Shown here piece by piece: positions 47,637-57,777 of a stretch of DNA of 64,000 nt. This stretch comes from Spirochaetia bacterium. Lineage in GTDB: Bacteria > Spirochaetota > Spirochaetia > UBA9216. The stretch spans positions 236,829 through 300,828 of the forward strand of contig OZ223264.1 of NCBI GenBank assembly GCA_965140585.1. Direction: 5' to 3'. The translations under genes were made by a program, and so were the position numbers. The stretch's first letter is position 1. Each line of letters starts with the position of its first letter. The notes beneath the pieces were generated by a model. That model was given only the letters and a program-made list of their open reading frames with translations, searched no databases and was not told the origin of the DNA.

Positions 47637-47752
47637 AAAATAATATTTCCAGGGGTCATTCTGAAGCATTTATACTGTTTAAGAAATATAAAATTCTTAA
47701 ATCGGTAATCAGGGTTTATACTGCATTAACCGAAAGCTGCAGAGGAGCGGAG

Positions 47753-48514
47753 ATGACCGGAAATATTAAACAGTACAAAAGCAGAATCCCGAGGAAGCAG
47801 AAGGTCAGGCGGACGATTCTCTTGATCTCCTTTATGCTGTTTCCAGTTACAGTGTTTTACTTTTCACCATATCTGATTATCATGGGTGCGGCTGAGGGGG
47901 CAGTTTCTTTCAGTTTTCTTCTGTTCACCGGGATGTTTGTCTTCTCGATGCTTTTGGGCAGGGGCTTCTGCGGATGGGTATGTCCTGCCGGCGGACTTCA
48001 GGATTGTGCTTCCGCCGGGATAGATAAGCCTGCAAGAGGCGGGAAGGCAAATTTAATCAAGTTTATTCTATGGGTTCCATGGCTTGCGGTTATTGTTCTT
48101 TTTTTTGTTAAAGCAGGCGGAATTAAAACACTTGATCCTTTCATAGGAACCGATTTCGGAATGTCTGTTACCAGACCGCAGGCTTACATCATCTACATTC
48201 CTGTTCTGCTTCTCATACTGATTCCGGCACTGACTGCCGGGAAAAGAAGTTTCTGTCATTATATATGCTGGATGGCTCCTTTTATGATTCTGGGAAGGCG
48301 GCTGGGGCGGTTTATACGGATACCCTCTATTGGGCTGAAGTCTGATAAAGACTGCTGTGTCAAATGCGGACTTTGTTCCAGGGCCTGTCCTATGTCACTT
48401 GATGTTCTGGCCATGGTTCAGTCGCAGAATATGTTCAACGATGAATGTATACTCTGTGGTGAATGTACCGATGTCTGCAATAAGGGAGCTCTCCGGTTTA
48501 TTTTTAAACGGTAG
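47753..48514 (+). CDS. Membrane polyferredoxin (NapH/MauN-like, 4Fe-4S)
   Basis: CGWVCPAG, CVKCGLCSRACP, CILCGECTDVC clusters. TM helices. Confidence 0.75.
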   Translation: MTGNIKQYKSRIPRKQKVRRTILLISFMLFPVTVFYFSPYLIIMGAAEGAVSFSFLLFTGMFVFSMLLGRGFCGWVCPAGGLQDCASAGIDKPARGGKANLIKFILWVPWLAVIVLFFVKAGGIKTLDPFIGTDFGMSVTRPQAYIIYIPVLLLILIPALTAGKRSFCHYICWMAPFMILGRRLGRFIRIPSIGLKSDKDCCVKCGLCSRACPMSLDVLAMVQSQNMFNDECILCGECTDVCNKGALRFIFKR

Positions 48515-48569
48515 CCGCTCATATTATTGTATTTAAACATATTCCTTTCATAATTCATTTACATTTCCG

Positions 48570-48809
48570 CTGTAATAATTCTAATTTCAATTTGCAGCAG
48601 GAATAGCAGGCAGAGATTCCATATCAATGATTGTGCTTTTTACCGCAGCCCTGATCGGAGGAGTCTTTTTCTGCGGCCGGCTTTGGTCAGCCGGTGTGAA
48701 AATTGCGGTACATAAGAATGTCCGGAATTTTCAGTGCATCAACTGTTTTAATTGTATAGAAGCATGCCCTGTGAAAGGCGCTTTAACATATGGTCCTGTT
48801 TTAATATGA
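48570..48809 (+). CDS. Ferredoxin-like mini-paralogue / gene fragment of upstream polyferredoxin
   Basis: FFCGRLWSAG resembles FCGWVCPAG. CINCFNCIEACPVKGAL resembles CILCGECTDVCNKGAL. Confidence 0.3.
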
Positions 48810-49018
48810 AGGAGCAAAAAATGAAGAGTAAATTTTACGTTAGGGTCTTGGTTATTGGAATTGTAATGATGAGTCTTGTATCAACAAGTGTGTTTGCGTT
48901 CAGATCTAAAAACAATTACACCATTCCGGACAGGCTTTTTAGCGTAAATTCTCAAAAAAATATACATATATTAGATGATTATATTGTAGATAGCTATCTA
49001 ATATAATATATTATTATC

Positions 49019-50242
49019 ATGAAAAATACAAATATGCTTATGTTTATCTACTCGTTAAACCAGGGAATTCACTGGTTTGCAGTCGGTATTGTTGCCCCGG
49101 TAATGATTCTGGTGCTACTGGATATGGGTTTTAATATTGCCCAGGTTGGAACAATAATGGCAGTAATGGGAACAACTGTAATGGTTCTGGAGCTTCCCAC
49201 AGGTGGAGTAGCTGATTCAATCGGCAGAAAACGCATATACATGCTTGCTGTAGCGTTTTACATGACCGGATATGCAGTGATTCTATTTGCGGAAAGTTTT
49301 TATCTGCTTTTTATTTCTGTCTTTCTGCTCGGGGCCGGGCGTGCACTGTCTTCCGGTTCAATGGAAGCCTGGTTTGTTGACGGATGTAAGCAGGAAGGCA
49401 TGGATGATTCCTCACTTCAGAAGGCTCTTGCAAAAGCCGGTGTTGTTATACCTGCCGCACTAGGGGCCGGAACTCTTGCAGGTGGGTTTATTCCGGATCT
49501 TACCGGTTCATACCGCTCGAATATTGCTGTTCTTGTTGGAATTTACGCCTTTCAGATTATACTTACAGGTATTCTGGTGAAGGAAGACCGTTCACAATTT
49601 TCCGGCCGTGTTCTTGACGGTTTCAGAGCTTTTCCGCATGTTATCAGTTCAGCTGTTCAGTATGGTTTTAAAAGCAGGAACACTCTTATTATTTTAATCG
49701 CGACTTTCGGGCTTGGAATAGGCCTTTCCGGACTTGAACAGCTGTGGCAGCCGAAAATAAGGGCCCTGTCGCCTGAGTCTGGAAGTTGGCTGCTTGGTGT
49801 TGTTTCATCAGGATATTTTGTCTGCGCTGCAGGCGGAAGCGCACTTTCGGTATATATTGTAAAACTGTTTAAAAACAGGTACGCTCTTGTCTTGTTTGTT
49901 TCAAGACTGATCATGTCGGTTATGTATATAGCGCTCTCTTTCATGTTCAGTATTGAAGGTTTCATACCCCTGTATTTACTGATCATGCTTGCAAACGGAG
50001 TAAACGGATCTCCGGAAATGACAGTCTTTAACCGGGATATTCCTTCAGAGCGGCGTTCAACCCTGCTGTCCCTCAATTCGCTTTTTCTTCAGTCGGGAGG
50101 AGCGTTGGGTTCACTTTTAGCCGGTTTTCTTGCTTATAGATCCGGAATAGGAACATCCTGGCTGGTTGCCGGTTTTGCGCTTGCAGTTCTTTCATTTATT
50201 TATCTGTTTCTAAAGGAGAAGCCTGTTGAAGATAGAGTATAA
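49019..50242 (+). CDS. MFS transporter
   Basis: 12-TM profile. GxxADxxGRK-like motif (GGVADSIGRKR). Confidence 0.8.
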   Translation: MKNTNMLMFIYSLNQGIHWFAVGIVAPVMILVLLDMGFNIAQVGTIMAVMGTTVMVLELPTGGVADSIGRKRIYMLAVAFYMTGYAVILFAESFYLLFISVFLLGAGRALSSGSMEAWFVDGCKQEGMDDSSLQKALAKAGVVIPAALGAGTLAGGFIPDLTGSYRSNIAVLVGIYAFQIILTGILVKEDRSQFSGRVLDGFRAFPHVISSAVQYGFKSRNTLIILIATFGLGIGLSGLEQLWQPKIRALSPESGSWLLGVVSSGYFVCAAGGSALSVYIVKLFKNRYALVLFVSRLIMSVMYIALSFMFSIEGFIPLYLLIMLANGVNGSPEMTVFNRDIPSERRSTLLSLNSLFLQSGGALGSLLAGFLAYRSGIGTSWLVAGFALAVLSFIYLFLKEKPVEDRV

Positions 50243-51233
50243 CTCCGCTGTAGATCTCTGCTGTGCTATGCTTCAGTTTGTTCACTGGGATGAGATAAAA
50301 GGTTTTGTCCCGGGATATACCTACAGTCCGGAACTTGATGCCTGGTACGAGGAAGTGAATAACGGACTTTCAGGGGTTATTAAGGCGGATCTGAATTATC
50401 TGATTCATGATTTTATCGGTCTGATTTTTCTTCCGGTTGATCTTGCTCTTAACGAGAATATTGTCGAGCCGAAACAATTGATTCAGAGGCTTGAATCTGC
50501 AGATCCTCAGCTGCTCACAGAAAGACTTTTTAATACCTATCTTACCGGAAGGGGCTTTGCTGAGGTAGCGGGAGATGACGATAAAATTCTCAGCGCTATC
50601 CGGCTGGCTGACGGAACAACCAAAAAAAATGAAGCTGAAAAGTTTCTTGATTACACCCGGTCTCCGGACGCCTACCGCAGCCGGCTTGCAGATACTATGC
50701 GGAAATTTCTTGAGGTTGCGTTTGAACCTTTTTCAGAGATTGTTCAGAATGAAATATTCAGACAGATAGAAGCTGATCAAATGCTGCTGGACTCGGATCC
50801 CGACAGATTTTTCAGCGGGTACTGCAGAACTAAGCCGGAAGACGGTCTGGAAACCAGCCGGCTGCTGATAAGTTTTTTTGATGAGCTGGATATAATCTAC
50901 ATTGATAATCCTTCGACTATAATCTACGGCCGGTGCAGGTTTCTGATGGAGGACAGCGGCAGTATTCCACTTGAGCAGATTTACAGCCTGCTTGCAGACG
51001 AAAGCCGTAGAACAATTCTGCAGATGCTCTGCAGGAAGCCCTGGTTTATCAGGGAGATAGCAGATGAACTGAATATAACCTCTGCTACAGTTTCGTACCA
51101 TATGAGTAAATTATCAGCCCTCGATCTTGTTAGTTATGAACAGGGTGAACGTAAGCGTATATACTATCGTGCCAACAGGGCAAATGTAGATAAGATGCTT
51201 GAGATGCTTAAAAAAGATATTACCGGTATATGA
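50226..51233 (+). CDS. Transcriptional regulator with C-terminal ArsR-type HTH
   Basis: ILQMLCRKPWFIREIADELNITSATVSYHMSKL. Confidence 0.6.
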   Translation: MKIEYNSAVDLCCAMLQFVHWDEIKGFVPGYTYSPELDAWYEEVNNGLSGVIKADLNYLIHDFIGLIFLPVDLALNENIVEPKQLIQRLESADPQLLTERLFNTYLTGRGFAEVAGDDDKILSAIRLADGTTKKNEAEKFLDYTRSPDAYRSRLADTMRKFLEVAFEPFSEIVQNEIFRQIEADQMLLDSDPDRFFSGYCRTKPEDGLETSRLLISFFDELDIIYIDNPSTIIYGRCRFLMEDSGSIPLEQIYSLLADESRRTILQMLCRKPWFIREIADELNITSATVSYHMSKLSALDLVSYEQGERKRIYYRANRANVDKMLEMLKKDITGI

Positions 51234-51282
51234 ACAAGCCCATAGTTTAATCTAATCGATAGTATCTGTAGTAAAACTTTCT

Positions 51283-51660
51283 ATGGGTACATCAATTACC
51301 TTGTTATCAGATTTCTCGAACATAGTTTTTATCAGGATTCTGGCCAAGAGTAAAGTCGGCCATCTCTTCTTTCAGAAGCTTTATTTTGTCAGGAATAATA
51401 TCATGGCATATGAGTTTGATTTTTCCTGTTTTTTCGGCCAGTTCAATGGCCTTTCCGACTCCTGCCGCGCCGCCTCCGGTGATTTATATGCCTCTTAAAT
51501 CCGGAAATGCTTTCAGATAACTCATCGTAATCTGAAAGGCTGTTTCAGTTTTATCCTGGTTTTCTTCTACCTGCACTATGTCAAGATCGGCATGAAAATC
51601 TTTGATTTTGTTGATGAGTTTAAAAAGCGGGATATGCATATTTCATGTCTGCGCTGTCAC
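51283..51660 (-). pseudogene. Periplasmic-binding-protein (sugar-binding/LacI-type) gene remnant with in-frame stop
   Basis: Minus-strand reading ...AFPDLRGI*ITGGGAAGVGKAIELAEKTGKIKLICHD.... TAA interrupts a PBP-like domain. Confidence 0.35.
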
Positions 51661-51787
51661 GGAAACCCTGTTCATCCGCAGAAGGTTATGATGGTGTTAT
51701 CAGTATTGAGCATGAAGACTCATATATGTCAGTTGAGGAGGGGCTTAACAAGGCTGTTGCCAACATGAAGCAGACTTCTTATTTTTA
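51645..51787 (+). pseudogene. 3' remnant of a sugar-phosphate isomerase/epimerase (TIM-barrel) gene
   Basis: AEGYDGVISIEHEDSYMSVEEGLNKAV is the typical C-terminus of that family. No upstream body. Confidence 0.35.
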
Positions 51788-52084
51788 AACCTGCATCCAA
51801 GCCGAAGGCTTTTGATATAGATGAGAAGTTTCTGAAGTGAAAAGGAGTTCTTAGACCCAAGAACGTAATTTAAAAAAGTTCCATCTGGCCGGTATCGGAT
51901 TCGCTCCTAATCTTCCGGTTCCGGACGTAGTGTTTTTCATAATTATCTCCGGGTAATGCATCACCCATTACTGTTTTTCCACCCCACTTGTGAGAATTTT
52001 CCCATTCACGTTCAATAACTTTTTCAACATCTGCTGTAGGGGCTGTATGTTGTTCAATCCCATCTGGTAAATCTGTCGAGGTTT

Positions 52085-53155
52085 TTAATTCCCCTGCAGA
52101 CGGACATCATTTCCGGTCTTTGCATGACCGAGCGCTCTTTTTACAACAGAGATGCTGCGGTCGTATATATCCAGCGGAACAGGTGCCGGGTGGCCGTCCC
52201 TTTCCTCCATGTGCAAAGGAGAATCGTGCAGGATCAGAGAACCTTGACGGACCTCCGTAGATGATCTCACTGACCAGTGCCAGAGACTGAACTGTCCGCG
52301 GTCCGACTCCTTCCATCAGAAGCGCTTCGCTGAAGTCAGAGAACTCCCTGGTCCCATGCTGCTGCAAGCGCAGCTCCAAGCCGTTTTGAAATTACATCTT
52401 CGGGCGCGAACTTCATGATGTGAAGGAAGTACTATTCGTCTTGACCGCATAAGAGCATCAAGTTCCCGTTTTTGTCTGTCAGGATGTTCCATCAGGAAGT
52501 CGAGTATCCCCTTCCGGTTCGCATCGGCCCGGGAATCGCTTAGATTCAGAAGTTCCCCCTGGTAGGGTCCGACAAACTGCGGTATGAGGATCACTGAAGA
52601 ACGATTTAATTTCAGATGAATGCCAGTGATATCGTCTGGCTTTTCCTGTGTCTTTGTTCATGCCCTGCTGGACAATGGCCCAGTTGCCGTTTTCAGTGAT
52701 AACAAAATTATGTAGATAGATCTGAAAACCGTCCTGAATAACAGGAATTGTCAATTTTAGCGGTAAGCCTGCTTGTCCGGGTGAGCTGTTCGCCGGACAG
52801 ACCGGTTTTCATTGCATATTCGAGCAGTTCCGCCGGAGTATTTCGCGAATATTTTCCCCGGCCCCCCCAGCACGGCAATACCAAGTTCGGAGCTGCGCGG
52901 ATTCAGTCCACGCTGAATTGCCCTCATCACCGAGGTCGTAATTCCGGTATGAATGCCAGTCCATCCATCCCCAGCACAGCACCGAAGGCCTGGAACCAGA
53001 ACGGATCTGATACCCTTCTTAGGACCCTCGTCGGTTCCTCCGTCTGTTATGATTGCTTCTATTATTGATGTTCCAAGAATCATCATACGGTCTGCAAGCC
53101 ATTTCGGTACCGTTCCGTAATGAAGCGGCAAGTCGGCACTGCCTCCGCGTTTCAT
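52085..53155 (-). pseudogene. Degraded HhH-motif gene split over at least 4 overlapping frames
   Basis: Consecutive minus-strand ORFs 52757-53155, 52479-52754, 52316-52594, 52107-52379, 52085-52270 read as one protein broken by frameshifts. GVGPRTVQSLAL is a helix-hairpin-helix. Confidence 0.4.
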
Positions 53156-54298
53156 TTCCCGTAGGTTCCCTGCTGCCTGCGTTCTCTTTTTGCTATGTAC
53201 ATATTCTGGTCTGCGGCATGAAGGAATTCATGAAAGCTTCGGTGCTTATCGGGAGAATAAATGATGTAGCCGGCACTCAATGAAATATTATATGGTTTTT
53301 TATTTTTAGTGTTAACTTCAGAGATTTTATCGTATATACGCTGGATTACAGCATGAATCTCGGCCGGTGCATTTGTCTCAAGCAGAAGCATAAACTCATC
53401 ACCGCCGAATCTGGCAGCTCTGTCCATCCGTTTTATGGAGCTGTTGAGTAGGGCTGCAGTCTGGACAAGTACGGCATCACCTTCGCTGTGACCGTAATCA
53501 TCATTGATTTCTTTAAAGCCGTCCATATCCATCATTACGAGGGTGAAGGAGCCCTTCCTCTCATAATCCTTAATTCTCAGCTGTATATATTCATCAATCT
53601 GCTGACGGTTAAGAAGTCCGGTAAGGTAATCCCGTATCTCCCTCTGTATTTCAAGGAATATGTAAACAAAGGTCACGGCAAGTGCGACTGAAGGCCATAT
53701 AAGGGTTGTTCCATAAAATCTCATCTGTAAAATAGTGCCGGTCACAGGAAGTATACCGAAAAGGGCAACGCCTCTTATGATATCCTTAGAGACCGACCTT
53801 CTGTTTTGGATTACGAGAAAATATGAATATAACAGTGTCAGCAGCTGAATAAGTGCGACAAGAAAAAACTCCGGGACCTCTCTGATAGTTGTTGTCAGCA
53901 TCAATATAAAATATAAACCCGGAGAATGTGGAATAGATTAAAATTAAGGCGGTAAGTATTAGTGGGTAAAGATAGAAAAGCCTTTTTTTCAGCCTGATCT
54001 TAGAGTGGTTCAGCTGGTAGTCTATATAGCACAGCCATAACACCAGCGGAACCGGGCCGGACAATATCAGAATGAAATTAAACAAAAACAGGAAAGTACG
54101 TGAGCCCTGTCCGGGCAGGCCGTCCATAATCCAGGGTAGTGCATCCAATACCAGCAGTACAATAACGCTCCAGCAGAGAAGCAGGAAAATCCTGGTAGTA
54201 ACTGATTTAAAAGACTGTTTAAGCTGGATAACAGCAATAATCATAAAAAGAATTATGATCATAAAAATATCCAGATCAATTAACTGGTATTTCAGCAT
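53152..54298 (-). CDS. Membrane diguanylate cyclase (GGDEF), apparently split by a frameshift near 53.8-53.9 kb
   Basis: C-terminal ORF has RFGGDEFMLLL. The overlapping upstream ORF 53786-54298 supplies further TM helices in another frame. Confidence 0.65.
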
Positions 54299-54361
54299 TC
54301 ACTGATTTTATAGCCAAAACTAGTATTTTTCAATCAGGGTTTTATCATTGGAAATAATAGT

Positions 54362-56235
54362 TTGACCTCTCAGTATGAGGGGTTTATAATGATGAAAATG
54401 AAAAAAGTACGCAGTATGTTTTCTATCAGATTTATTCTGGTTTTTATGCTAGTACTGCAGTCTGTATTTGTACTGTCGATTGCCGCCTATCTTTTCCGAT
54501 TTAAAATTAATAATTCTGTAGAGAAGATGGCCGGCAATGTTTTCTATACCCTCTCAGAACATATTAATTCACAGCTAACCGCATACTTCATGGTCCCGGA
54601 AGATATAAACAGGCTGAATCTGACACTTTATAAATCCGGTTATCTTAATAAATCTGATTTTTCATTTATGCAGAAGCATTTTTATAAGCAGTCCGAATTC
54701 TTCCCCTTTGTGAGCAGTATCTATTTTGGTTCAGCAGGCGGCGGTTTTGCAGGCGGCGGTGTTGATTTGCACAATGAACTTTACTATATCATGGGCATTG
54801 AAGAAGGCGGTGACGGTAATTTTTATTTAAAAGAAATGGATTATTCAGAGGAGTTCACCGGTCTGGAATGGACTGCTGAGAATATGTAGACGACCCGTCG
54901 GCCATGGTATGCCGGTGCTGTAGAAAACGGCGGAAATTTTTATTCTGAGCCCTATCTGCTACTGAAGATGAATTGGGAATCTCTGTCAGTGTTCCTGTGT
55001 ACGATGAGACCGGTGCTGACCTGGATGGCGTGTTTTGTACGACTCTCTTCCTGTCTGATATATCCGAATTCCTTGAAAAAATTTTTTACGGAAGCGAGCT
55101 TGTTGATGCGGTAAGGACGTTTTCGATTGTTATACCTGTTGACCTTTTTTTTATTCTTCTGACTTTATTCTATATCAGAAAAACACTTCCTCCTATAAAG
55201 AAGATGATCGAAACAATGAATGCTTTTCCCGAAAAATTTGAAACTGGTTTTGAGGGGAGTCTGCTTAGGGAGTTTTGTGATATAGATCTTGCTTTCCGGC
55301 ATATGGCCCAGAGACTACTTAAAACTCTGGGGAGTCTGAGGCATGAGCAGCAGTTTAATGATGTGATGCTCAATTCCTCTCTGGATATATTTGTCGTTTT
55401 TGATTTACTTTCTGGAAAGACGCTGATATGGAACAGGAAATTCTGTGAGCTCTCCGGCTACACTGATGAAGAAATTAAAGAGTATGGTTCTCCGGAAATC
55501 TGGTATGATAAAGAAGACCTGTACAGATGGACAAACATCTCACTTCCCGAGCTGGTGGAAACAGGGACCAATACAACCACCATGCACCTTATTGCAAAGA
55601 GCGGAGAGCGGATTCCGGTAGAGTATAACTGTTCTGTAATCTATTTTAATGATGAAAAAGAAAGGCCCGTACTTGCTGTAGATCGTGATATGCGTGAAAA
55701 ACTGGCTGTCGAACATAAACTTAAAGATTCTGTCAGTGAGAAAGAAGTCCTGCTAAAAGAGCTGTATCACCGTACAAAAAATAATATAAATGTAATTCTT
55801 TCCATGATTAATCTTCAGATGGGGTTTATTCATGATAAGAAATACAATGCTCTTCTGCGGGAGCTTTCGGATAAAATTCAATCCATGTCGCTGGTTCATA
55901 AAAAGCTCTATGAATCTTCGAACTTGTCAAAGATTGATCTCGGTGAGTATCTGGCGGAATTGTCGAGACTTCTGATGTATTCATACCGTAATGATGACAG
56001 ATTCCTGGCGCTCACCGCTGAAGTTGAAAAGATAAATGTATCGATAGATCTGGCTGTTCCCTGTGGACTTCTGCTGAGTGAACTTCTGTCCAATACTTTC
56101 AAGTATGCTTTTGTTGACTCTGCTTCCGGAAATGTTGAGTTTGAAATTGTAGAAACCGGGGGGCTTGGCTGTATAATAAGATTCCCTGTGAGTTCGGGGA
56201 AGGAACGGAATATTGAAAAAAATACTAATCGTTGA
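54362..56235 (+). pseudogene. dCache-PAS-HisKA_2 sensor histidine kinase, disrupted by in-frame TAG and a frameshift
   Basis: TAG at 54887-54889 is followed in the same frame by TTRRPWYAGAVENGGNFYSEPY (Cache RPWY motif). The Cache continuation GISVSVPVYDETGADLDGV is in another frame (ORF 54973). Downstream HRTKNNINVILSMINLQ is a HisKA_2 H-box, and SNTFKYAF is the ATPase N-box. Confidence 0.6.
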
Positions 56236-56415
56236 AGACGAGGCGTTTGCTGTTATGTCGTTAAAATACTACCTTGAGGAGCAGGGCTTCTCATGCACTA
56301 CCGCCGCTACAGAAGCTGAAGCCCTATCCGAATATTCCAGTTTCTGTCCTGACTTTATCCTGATGGATGTTTCGCTTGCTGACGGCAGTGACGGGATTTC
56401 TGCTGCAGAAAAAAT
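56213..56415 (+). pseudogene. Response-regulator receiver (REC) gene truncated after about 68 aa
   Basis: MKKILIVEDEAFAVMSLKYYLEEQGFSCTTAATEAEALSEYSSFCPDFILMDVSLADGSDGISAAEKI, then an abrupt switch to AT-rich DNA. Confidence 0.55.
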
Positions 56416-57419
56416 AATACCTATAGTTTTTTTAGTGATAATTTCACTCTTTACAAATTGCACAACATCTACATTTACTGATAAGTCAAGTGATGAATTT
56501 ATGGCGTATCTGAAAAATGAAATTACAAACAAAAGTGATGGGAATGCCGCATTGATTTTAGTTGAGAACGGTGAGATCTATGATTCATATTATTTTTCAA
56601 AAGGGAGTCCTGTAAATTCAGATACATTATTTCAAATTGCATCTATCAGTAAATTTGTAACAACTGTTGGTATATTAAAACTTGTTGAACAAGGGCATAT
56701 TGATTTAGATTTTCCTGTTTCAGAGTATTTAACAAGTTGGCAGCTTCCCGAAAGCAAATTTGATAATAATAAAGTGACTATAAGACGTCTATTGAGCCAT
56801 ACCGGCGGACTGATTGATGGTTTAGGGTATAAGGGGTTTTATGAAAATGAAGATGTTCAATCATTGGAGGATTCGTTAACTTTCGCAAAGGATAGATTCT
56901 GGACAAAAGGAATCACCAAGGTTGGAATAGAACCCGGAACAAGATTTAAATATTCAGGTGGCGGATTCACGCTCCTGCAGCTCGTAATTGAAGAAGTAAC
57001 AGATAAATCTTTTAACTCCTTCATGAAATCAGAAATTTTTGAACCACTGGATATGGACTCATCAACATTTATAAAAGAAGATGCTGAAAAAATGAATTTG
57101 TCTGAATGTTTTACGAATACAGGTAAAATAGTTGAATATATGAAATTTACATCACTTTCTGCTGCTTCTTTGTTCATTAGCAGTGCTGATATGTATAAAT
57201 TTATAAAACTGTTTTTGAAAAATTGAAATAAAGAACCTTATTACAATAATTTATTCGGAGCTGGATTCCGGAGATAAAATATTCGGACATGACGGCGGGA
57301 ATTATACTGCCGTAAATACTACCGTAAGAATCAACCCTGACAGTAATGACGCTATAATTATTTTTTCAACAGGCGGACACGGCATTGCCAGTGCTCTGGG
57401 AAAAGCTTGGGTTAAATAG
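56416..57419 (+). pseudogene. Class-C beta-lactamase-family serine hydrolase (lipoprotein), frameshifted, on an AT-rich insertion
   Basis: Lipobox IPIVFLVIISLFTNC, SxxK (ASISKF), YSGGGF (YxN-like), LLSHTGGL. The C-terminal GHDGGNYTA...GKAWVK* lies in the +1 frame after the stop at 57224-57226. Fused in-frame to the REC fragment. Confidence 0.55.
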
Positions 57420-57455
57420 CAAAAAGGATAATAGTAGAGCTTCCTGATGTATTTT

Positions 57456-57731
57456 CTATTTCTTACCGGTTAACTTGATAATATGGTATCCGAACTGGGT
57501 TCTTACCACATCGGATATGCTTCCGACACCCATGCGGCTGCATGCTCTTTCAAACTCGGGAACCATCTTTCCGGGGCCGAACCAGCCAAGATCTCCGCCC
57601 TTTGATTTGCTTGGACATGTTGAAAAATCACGTGCTATTGCTTCGAAATTTGCGCCCTGCTTGATCTTTCTCTGAAGTTCCTGGGCCTGACTCTGGCTTT
57701 TAACCAGTATATGACTTGCTTTCCATTCCAT
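57456..57731 (-). CDS. ppiC: Parvulin-type peptidyl-prolyl cis-trans isomerase
   Basis: ASHILVKS...CPSKSKGGDLGWFGPGKMVPEFE...FGYHIIK. Start placed at the internal Met (MEWKASHIL). Confidence 0.8.
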   Translation of the reverse strand: MEWKASHILVKSQSQAQELQRKIKQGANFEAIARDFSTCPSKSKGGDLGWFGPGKMVPEFERACSRMGVGSISDVVRTQFGYHIIKLTGKK

Positions 57732-57777
57732 AATAGTGATATTAAACAAAAAAAATACAATTTTCAAGTTAGGAGAT

